A DNA stretch of 64,000 nt, from contig NW_021833446.1 in NCBI RefSeq assembly GCF_006345805.1, forward strand, positions 10,272 to 74,271, in the 5' to 3' direction. This document shows positions 54,241 to 64,000 of this stretch, one piece after another. Both the position numbers and the translations under genes were made by a program. Below the pieces are notes generated by a model. It did not search any database. It saw only the letters and a program-made list of their open reading frames with translations, and was not told the DNA's origin. The first letter of the stretch is position 1. Every line of letters begins with the position of its first letter. This DNA comes from Octopus sinensis. Its lineage: Eukaryota.

Positions 54241-54690
54241 TGCTCAGCAGATGTTAACATGAAGCTGAGGATATCTGCAATTACTCTATTCAGATTACAA
54301 GTTTAGGTTTGTACCTGTAATTATTGGGGCCTTAGGATATGCATCACACAGCCTAAATACCAATTTTGAGAAATTAAGCTTTTCAAATCCAGAAAGAAGA
54401 AAGCTAATTCGAAGACTACAGATACAGTCCATCGCTGGAACTGTAAAAATCTGTAAAACTTTCCAGAAGTTTATCATTTAAATATGTATGAGCATGTCTA
54501 GATATGCAACTATATGCATGTGAATATATACATAAAACAAAACATGCAAATCTGTACATATACATATATGTAAACAAAAATGCCCTGTTATTGATGTTGA
54601 AATTCCAATGAAGGAGCCTTGGATCTAGGTTAGAAACCGGCTCTTTCACTATTGGCAAGAAATTTTGAAATGAAACTGAATAATGAGATA
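54241..54690 (+). mobile_element. RLE-type non-LTR retrotransposon 3' fragment within (CATA)n
   Basis: 54281-54481 reads LLYSDYKFRFVPVIIGALGYASHSLNTNFEKLSFS..ERRKLIRRLQIQSIAGTVKICKTF, an RLE C-terminus (PVIIGALG). Confidence 0.8.
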
Positions 54691-55084
54691 CAAACATGCA
54701 TGCATGCATATCTTTTCTTGATACATGCATGCATATATAGATAAGGACAGACGGACATACACACATACTTATATGCAAATTATCAGTCATCAAAAAAAGT
54801 GGTAAACTTACACAATTTGCGAACATTCCAAATAAAAACAAATAATCACATTAGAGATCGAATCTCGGTATAATTCAATAAACTGCAGTCACATGATTTA
54901 ATTTCTGATAAATTCTATAATTTTGAATATTTCAAAAATTTGTATCGTTTATAAATATAATTGTTCCATTCTGTATCTTCTGTTTCATCATCTGAAATTT
55001 TGTTATCATTTTACGATGTATTTGTTAAGAAGCCCAGTAAGGGCTTCTTGTTATCATAGATCTGCGTAATCGTTACAGCGTCCG

Positions 55085-55230
55085 ACAAAATTACTTGCGT
55101 TATTTAAGTACAGCCTTTAAAGTTCTGAGTTCAAATCCCACCGAGGTAAACTTTGTCCTTCATTCTTTCGTGGTTGCTAAAATAACGTACCAGTCAAGTG
55201 TTGGGGTTGATCTAATCGTCGATGTCCTTC
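55085..55230 (+). mobile_element. SINE family A, plus-strand copy
   Basis: gttctgagttcaaatcccaccgaggtaaactttg. Confidence 0.75.
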
Positions 55231-55827
55231 CCTTACCACTGCTGGCCTCACGCCTATATTGCAAATTGTTACACTGATTCGTTATTTGTTCCTTGCCTAA
55301 CGGAGACAGATTGATGGAATCGCTACTATTTTTTGTGTGTTTGTTTTAGCTTTTATATTTCACACACAAAGAATCAAACATTAATCATTTTGAACTTTAA
55401 AAAAGAGGGAAATACATTTATCTGTCAATGAAGGTCATACTTCAGGGCAACCTCAAAATTTACAGAAAATATTGTAGAATAACCAGCAAAATAGAAGGTA
55501 TCAGAGAAATTGGTGATAATTCAGAAATATACTGGCTTTGGCCGAAAGGGAATGGTTCATCTAGATAACTATCAGGTAATATGGTCGGTTCCAAGAAAAA
55601 TAATTGGAACAGGATCAAGAGATAAAGAATAACATACGAAAGTAGAATTTAGTGAAAAGAAGTAGATTTTAAAATAAATTAGTTAAGGAAGAATTTCCTT
55701 ACAGGGGACAGAAAAGTTGTATCTAGAGACACCATTAGAATGAATTTAATCTTAAATATTCAATAGAAATTGGAGACAGAAGAAATTTGGTAAAAGTACG
55801 AATGTGTAATGTGATCTTTTCGTTTTT

Positions 55828-56045
55828 TTTTTCTTTTACTGGTTTCAGTCACTGGACTGCGGCCATGCTGGTGTAAAGTCTTGAAGAAAATTTAGGCGAA
55901 TGAATCGACCTTAGTATTTATTATTTAAAAAAAAAGTCTTGTACTTATTCCATCGGCTTTTTTGCCAAAACGTTAAGCTACGGAGACGTAAACACACCAA
56001 CACCGGTTTTTAACCGGTGGCGGGGTACAAACACAGACAGGAAGA
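55828..56045 (-). mobile_element. SINE family B 3' half
   Basis: cagtcactggactgcggccatgctgg... Confidence 0.8.
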
Positions 56046-56058
56046 AATATTCATAGAT

Positions 56059-56134
<76 letters not shown>

Positions 56135-56254
56135 ATAAATGTATATATAAATGTATAGTTCATATCCAGTTAAATGAAGAACAGAAACTATTGAGTTGAA
56201 AGTTAATATAATTATTTATTATTAACAAATTGGTAATCTTTAGCCGTTTCCATG

Positions 56255-56470
56255 GATTTTTTCCTTTTCATGGGCAGCTCGATTAATTAATTAATTTCCT
56301 TTGAAACTTTGAAACTTCGTAAACTGGTAGAGAAACTTTTCTCAACAACGCTAAGAGTAAAAGATGTTCTATATGACACATTCTACCAGTTTACGAAGTT
56401 TCAAAGTGTTCAGTTAAAGAAAATTAATTAATCGAGTTGGCCATCAAAAGGAAAAGATCCGTTCCCATCC
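56255..56470. mobile_element. fold-back element or MITE with long TIRs
   Basis: ctcgattaattaa...tttgaaacttcgtaaactggtaga pairs with tctaccagtttacgaagtttcaaa...ttaattaatcgag. Confidence 0.7.
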
Positions 56471-56502
56471 GTTTATGAGGTTAATTCATCCTCTAAATAA
56501 AC

Positions 56503-56857
<355 letters not shown>

Positions 56858-57008
56858 CGACAGACTTCTTTTAGATTTTGTCTACCAAATCCACTCACAA
56901 GGCTTTGGTTGGACCGAGGCTATAGTAGAAGACACTTGCCCGAGGTGCCACGCAGTGGGACTGATCCCCAAACCATGTGGTTGGTAAGCCAGCTACTTAC
57001 CACACATC
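56858..57008 (-). mobile_element. SINE family B head half
   Basis: Matches the head of 20720. Confidence 0.85.
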
Positions 57009-57532
57009 CACGTTTGCACTTATGATGTCCAAATTCTCTCAAAACGAGAAACAGTGAGGTTTCTTTTTCAAACAGTTTACGTAGTGAATAGGAATTTTGA
57101 AAGAAGTAACTGTAAAACTAGTTTTTAAACATCAAATAGCTATGGTTGGGGTACGAGAGTAAAATAGGAATCGAAGGAGTCCATAGGTAGAAAAAAGTGG
57201 CTGTTCCTGAAGGAAAATGTTCAAAGGAGAAAGAACGAGAAGTAGTAGAAATGCTGAGAAAAAGGGGAGATGGATGCAGGAAGGGTGACGCGAAATAGAG
57301 ACGAGTGGGTCCGGGCTACCTGAGAGTGGCAGAGGATAAGAGTGTTGGTGGAAGGGAGTAGTGGGGGAAGGAAGTGTTGGTGGAAGGAGGTGGTGGTGGT
57401 AGGGAGTTGTGGTGGAAGGAGGTGGTGGTGGTAGGGAGTTGTGGTGGTAGGGAGTGGTGATCGAAGGAAGTGGGGATAGGGAGTAGTGGTGGTAGGGTGT
57501 GGCGGAGATACGGAAGGCTGGAAATACGAGAA

Positions 57533-57607
57533 GGTGGATGTATAGGAGGGTGGATGTATGGGAGGGTGGATGTATGGGAGGGTGGATGTATGGGAGGGTG
57601 GATGTAC
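57533..57607 (+). repeat. 16-bp G-rich tandem repeat x5 (GGAGGGTGGATGTATG)
   Basis: Directly visible. Confidence 0.9.
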
Positions 57608-57680
57608 GTGGGTAGTGGTGGTGATAGCTATTTCATCTGAGACGAGAATTGAAACTGCGTCAGCTTGACTTCAATATATT

Positions 57681-57849
57681 CTATTCTACTCTAGGCACAA
57701 GGCCCGAAATTTTTAGGGAGGGGACCAGTCGATTAGATCGACCCCAGTATGCAACTGGTACTTAATTTATCAACTCCGAAAGAATAAAAGGCACAGTCGA
57801 CCCCGGCGGAATTTGAACTCAGAACGTGTCTGCCACCCTCGCCACCTTC
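57681..57849 (-). mobile_element. SINE family A with a 17-bp target-site duplication
   Basis: cttgacttcaatatatt (57664-57680) and cttgacttcagtatatt (57850-57866). Confidence 0.88.
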
Positions 57850-58741
57850 CTTGACTTCAGTATATTGACTTCTGTAGTTTTTTCGAAAGATTATAATCAT
57901 AGTCTTAAGAATTGGGCTGGAAAGTTATACGCTGTAATGTTCATGCCTTTCTTTTGAATGTGAACAAACTGAAGTGAAGCTGTAGCGTCTTCATCCGTTA
58001 ATCCGGCAAATTTCGATTTCTATGGTTCAACACCAAACTTGCAGAAATCTAGGTTTACATCTGTAAATATTGATTGGTGTCTGTTGCGAAAGATATCTAG
58101 GTTATTGAAGAAAACAGGGAAATAAGTTAAAGTTAACAGAGATGTCTTGCTTGCTCAGACGAAAACAAAAAAAAGAAAAGCTTATTGTTGATATTTGATT
58201 TTGTGTTAGCTCAACGCTAGATCTTTTGGTTTGTAGTTAAACAACATCGCTTAATTGGATTTCTGTGGAGATATAGATATAGATATGTGATCGAAATCTT
58301 CTTTAGGTTCTCTGAGTTCTGCTTTGATTCTGTTTTTGTTTGAAATAAAGAAAACAGGAAAATCGAATCTCTCCGGTAAGTGAGGTCAGGTGAATTCGTA
58401 AGCTTTTGTCGTGTCAAATAAATATGTGTTATTTCCTGTCAACCAAAAGAGGATATATGATGACGTTTCAATCATCCGTAAGAAAGAAGCTACAGAATTC
58501 TGCTAGCTAACAGCTGGAGACTTCCATCATCAGATTTGCAAAGTGGAAACTGTATAATAAAATGTGAGATTATCAGAAGAAATTTTAGCGGAAATAGCTG
58601 TAAATACGTATATATATTTTTTTCAATATATACAAAGGCTAAATCATTCAATATTTGTAATTATAGACGCAAGCTAAGCTAAAGCTTTGACTTAAGTATC
58701 GAATGTTGCCAAGAAATAGCAACAGTTTTGTGCTTTCTCAG

Positions 58742-58775
58742 AATGCTTCTGCTTCTAGCATTGATATCCAGCTAC
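58742..58775 (+). CDS. candidate start-codon exon encoding a signal-peptide-like N-terminus
   Basis: ttttgtgctttctcag|A ATG CTT CTG CTT CTA GCA TTG ATA TCC AGC TAC|gtaagt = MLLLLALISSY; upstream donor CCG|gtaagt at 58375/58376; no downstream exon identified. Confidence 0.3.
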
Positions 58776-60069
58776 GTAAGTTGACAATAAAAGACTCCAC
58801 ACTTTCCCTCTTTCAACTGCGTTCCCATCTGGATGCCTTCCTGCGTGGTGGTGGGCCGCATGGCACATTGAAGTGTTGCGACATCACTAAAAACATGGTC
58901 TTTTATATAACACAACATCGTATACTACTCTACGAAAGCGTTATTATTAGTTTGGCAGCAAAGGAAGAGCACTCCGTCCCTGATTTTGTAATCCTTCCAA
59001 GAACCAGAGCCAGTGTTACATAACTAAGAACAAGTGCAGTTCATTGCACAGGCTTCCACACAGTTTCTGTCTACCAAATTTCACAGACAAGGTGTAAGGC
59101 ACCGCCAGGCTATGGTAGAACATATCCTTTTGAGCCGTGAAACTGAACTGAACAGAAACTTGATGATTTCAAACAGAATATCTTAACCACATTGCCATCC
59201 CCGGGTCCATGGTTGAATAATTCTAATATATTATTCTTGGCCTTAATCTTGACTGAAATCAAGATTAAAATAGAAACCGTATTTCTGGGCTTATTTTTTC
59301 TCATCACTTAACTAAAAAATATTAAATGATGGGTCCCACACTCACATATTTTACAGTCGAATTTCTTTCGCTTGTTGAACGATTTTGTGTTGCTTCGTGT
59401 TTTATTTCTCTGAATTATTCTCTCAATAAGCTATATTCAATCATCATTGGTCTCGTGTCTGTAAACTTAAATATACAGACATGACAGAAATAGGCGCTCT
59501 TATAATCGTTAAAATGTCTTCAAATCTGAAATTGTATCGTCAAATTATGTATTGTTACAATGTGAATATTACTGAACAGATGAGGAATATTTTTTTGCGG
59601 AATTTCTTGCTAAGTTTCATGCAGTAATCTCAAAAGTAATCTGAAGAGAGAGAGAGAGAGAGTGTGAGAGAGAGAGAGATATATAGAGGAGAGAGAGAGT
59701 GAGAGAGAGATAGTAGTGGTAACGTCGTTCGTTTTGAGTTTTTAAATGTTTATCACATTGCAAGAGAAGTTGATACGTAGATACATATTCACATTGTTAA
59801 ATCATAAGCGGGAGGGAAGAGTAACACAAAGGAAGTGAAAGAGAAAGAGAGAAAGTGAGAGAAACAGTAGATACATAAATCCAAAGAAAAATTCATACAT
59901 AGATACATAGACACAGCAAATATTGGATGCTGGTTTCACTTTTCATTACCACACGAGGATAAAATTAACTCACTAATGGCATGCAAAACATTAACGTAGT
60001 TCTCAGGGAGATTCAGCCGCACACAGAATATGACAATGCTGGTCCCTTTGAATTACAGCTAAAACTCGA

Positions 60070-60129
<60 letters not shown>

Positions 60130-60332
60130 TGTATTTGTGTGTGTGTATAGGTTAGGTTAGTTAAAACATGCTTGCAATAATGTGTTGCGTGGTGGAAATA
60201 AACGCAATTGTTAAACTTTCATTCATAAATCCATTTATTATTTCGTTCTTTTGCATTTCAATTTGTACATTCAGGTTCTTTGAATATGTACGATGTATTT
60301 TAAGGTTAAATAGTAACTGTCACAATATACTT

Positions 60333-60475
60333 TTCTAGGTCTGAATTTTTTGTGGGAGGAGGCCAGTTGATTAGATCGACCCAAGTACACAACTGATACT
60401 TAATTTATTAACTCCGGGAGGACGAAAGGCAAAGTCAATTTCGGCAGAATTTGAACTCAGAACGTAAAGACAGAC
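60333..60475 (-). mobile_element. SINE family A
   Basis: Core motif. Confidence 0.8.
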
Positions 60476-60545
60476 GGTCATAATATGCAAACATTTCTCA
60501 TGGCGTCAGCACACTGTTTACAGATGCTTACATTTTTTATGTTTT

Positions 60546-60572
60546 CCGTGAAATTTTCACGGGTCCAGCTAG
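60546..60572 (+). mobile_element. Helitron-type 3' end
   Basis: Palindrome CCGTGAAA-T-TTTCACGG followed by CTAG|T. Confidence 0.55.
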
Positions 60573-61019
60573 TTATTATTATTATCGTTATCGTTATATC
60601 TGCTCAAGCTAATAATCTGGAGCCACGCGTACATGGAGGAAGCACAAATTAATTTATGTGTACTTGTTGGATAAAAACCAGGCTTTTGAACGATCTGGCT
60701 AGTTGTGAGTCAATTAAATTTGTAAGCACAAGTAGATTAATTATAAAGAATTCAATAAATTAGAGTCGCTTTAAAAATGGCGGCCAGAAATCCGTTATGG
60801 AATCGGAAGGCTTTAAATCACACGCACACACACACACGCACATATAATTACACACAGACACATACACACAAATACACGTACACAGCGGTATATATCTTTG
60901 TATGCATGCATATATATGTACGTGAGTATGTGTATATACGTATGTGTATATACGTATGTATATGTATGTATGTATATGTATGTGTATATATATATACATA
61001 CATGTATATTTTATACATG

Positions 61020-61059
<40 letters not shown>

Positions 61060-61279
61060 TGTATGAATGTGCGAATGTATGTGTAAACAATATATAAGAA
61101 CACACACACATCTTAAATACTAATCAAAGTCATCATCGTTACCACCACCACCACTACACACGCCGCCGCCATCAGCATCATACTGTCACCTATGTATTTA
61201 CATTAACAACAATAACAATATGAATGACAATAACAAGAACTTACACAACAATAACAACCCAAATAGAATTTCTCATAAG

Positions 61280-61321
61280 AAACCAATAACAACAACAATG
61301 ATGATAATGATAATAATAATG

Positions 61322-61367
<46 letters not shown>

Positions 61368-61471
61368 TAATAATAATAATAATAACAACAATAATAATGA
61401 TAATAATAATAATAATAATAAAAACAACAACAACAACAATAATAATAATAATAATAATAATAATGATGATG

Positions 61472-61521
<50 letters not shown>

Positions 61522-61522
61522 G

Positions 61523-61560
<38 letters not shown>

Positions 61561-61586
61561 TAATAATAATAATATAGATAATAGTG

Positions 61587-61621
<35 letters not shown>

Positions 61622-61720
61622 TAATAATAATAATAATAATATAGATAATAGTGATAATAATAATAATATAATAATATAATAATAAAATAATAATAATAAT
61701 AATAATATAATAAAATAATA
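61280..61720. repeat. (TAA)n array
   Basis: Directly visible. Confidence 0.95.
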
Positions 61721-61911
61721 GTCATATTGGTGTTCGTTGGAGTTGGGTGTCAGCAGTAATCAAATCGCAAGAGAATCGTCTTAAAAAAACCCATAAATAT
61801 CTTTGTTTGGTTAATAAAGGTTGATTTATAGATTTATTATATCAAGAAGAATTTCATATTAGTTTATCAAATAGCCAACAACAGAGAAGTACAACCACTC
61901 GCACACACCGT

Positions 61912-62030
<119 letters not shown>

Positions 62031-63349
62031 GACACGCACATACATACATACATGCATGCATCCATGTATGGATGCATACATATATACATACGCACAATAT
62101 ACGTACATAAAGACAGTCTTACATATGCCGTATAAATATGTTTGTATCGGTATATATAGATATATATGTGTGTGTGTGTTTGTGTGTGTATGTGTGTGTA
62201 TGTGAATATGTATCTTTATATATATATATAAATATATATACTTATAACTAAGCACACATATATATATATATTCACATATACGATAGGCATCTATATGCAT
62301 ATATATACATATGTATATGTATGTATATACACCCACCCACATATATATTCCTATAGAAATCACATAATAATTTTCTTATTACATTTTTCAATAAAAAGCT
62401 AATCAAATTACCGCAGTGTGTTTCGATATTTCTTTACGACTTTCTACCGGAAACCGATCTAGACCAGTGTTTTGTGTTTTTATCTTTTCACGTCCGCCAT
62501 TAATAATTTTATATTAATAATAATAACTGTATCGAATTTTCACTCTATTAAAGTATGAAACTTGTCCTTCTCATTACACAAACACCCACCCACCCAAAAT
62601 CGCGCGCGCGCACACACACATATATGCACACTCACACACACATATATTCAAATATATGTGTGTATTAATGTGTATATTTGTGTTTGTATATTTAAATATA
62701 TATATATGTATATATATATATATCTATATATATATGTATATATATATAATATATATTTATGTATATATATATATATATGTATGTACATATACATATATGT
62801 AGGCATGTGTATGTGTGTGCATTTGTGTGCATGTGTTAATAATATATGCATATGGCCAGGCCATTTCTTGCCGAAACGCACTTGAGGATATATATATATA
62901 TATATATATTCAGTCAATTCATGGATATCTTATCCTCCTTATTAGGGCTTAATAAATCTAAAATTTCACTGGTTTAAACTCCATCATGTTAGAAGAAAAT
63001 TTCTATGTTGCTTTACAGATTATAATAATAGGTAAAATTAATGTAAAAAAATTGGCGAGTTAAGGGTGTATACTTAATTTATTTGCCTCTTCTGTCGGGG
63101 CTTGGGGGTGGGGGCAAGATCATGTCTTGAACACCAGACAGAAGATAAACCGTGTTTAAGTCAAATTTATATACATCTTTACTGATATTTGATAAGATGA
63201 GATATATCGAAACCGCTAATATTTTCTTCAAGTGATTCTATATTGAATTCCTTCTTAAATTGAAATGTTTTAGACTTACTGCTGTGCTATTGCCACCTCC
63301 ATCTTTTATAAAAAAAAATTTGATTAGTATCGATCTCTAAGCTTTTTTC

Positions 63350-63505
63350 GTGGTAAGTAGCTTGTTTACCAACTACATGGTTCCGGGTTCAGTCCCACTG
63401 CGTGGCATCTTGGGCAAGTGTCTTCTACTATAGCCTCGGGCCGACCAAGCCTGTGAGTGGATTTGGTAGACGGAAACTGAAAGAAGCCCATCATATATAT
63501 GTATG

Positions 63506-63578
<73 letters not shown>

Positions 63579-63795
63579 ATATGCGTGTGTATATGTTTCC
63601 GTGTCTGTGTTTGTCCCTCTAGCATTGCTTGACAACCGATGCTGGTGTGCTTATGTCCCCGTTACTTAGCGGTTCGGCAAAATAGACCGATAGAATAAGT
63701 ACTGGGCTTACAAAAGAATAAGTCCCAGGGTCGAGTTGCTCGATTAAAGGCGGTGCTCCAGCATGGCCGCAGTCAAATGACTGAAACAAGTAAAA
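63350..63795 (+). mobile_element. SINE family B, near full length
   Basis: Head, expanded TA spacer and tail match 20720. Confidence 0.9.
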
Positions 63796-64000
63796 TATAT
63801 AATATATATATATATATATAGAGATAAGAAAGTTTGTTTGGTAAAGCACGTGGGTGAATATATAAGAAAATAGTAAAGTGTGAAAAAACGACAGAAGGCT
63901 TAAATGTTAAAAAATATATATATTTGTGTCAAAATGTCTGGAGAATATTGGAAAAATTTTTTTTCCCTTTCCTTAAAATGACATAATTTAAAATTTTTTA

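Overview
Eukaryotic, AT-rich, microsatellite-saturated non-coding DNA. The repeat families look like those of an octopus or other coleoid cephalopod; this is inferred from recalled repeat families, not a database hit. No intact host gene can be supported; only a few isolated candidate exons are seen. Most long ORFs in the track are microsatellite artefacts or decayed retrotransposon ORFs. Recognisable content: (1) four same-strand copies of a Tx1/L1-clade LINE, each embedded in (TATC)n arrays, one with a nearly complete but broken APE-RT-CCHC ORF2; (2) two CR1-like LINEs, an RTE 3' fragment and a degraded RT; (3) two restriction-like-endonuclease (RLE) LINE 3' ends, one in (TAA)n and one in (CATA)n, plus a 553-bp non-coding insert in (TAA)n; (4) a Penelope-like RT fragment and two inverted-repeat hairpins carrying minimal hammerhead ribozyme motifs; (5) about 35 tRNA-derived SINE copies or fragments of at least three families; (6) non-autonomous Helitrons, a DD37D maT mariner, a second mariner fragment and MITEs. 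The most interesting pattern is a set of retroelements that each occupy their own microsatellite. Some SINE 3' tails match the 3' end of the (TATC)n-associated Tx1 LINE, suggesting a LINE-SINE partnership.
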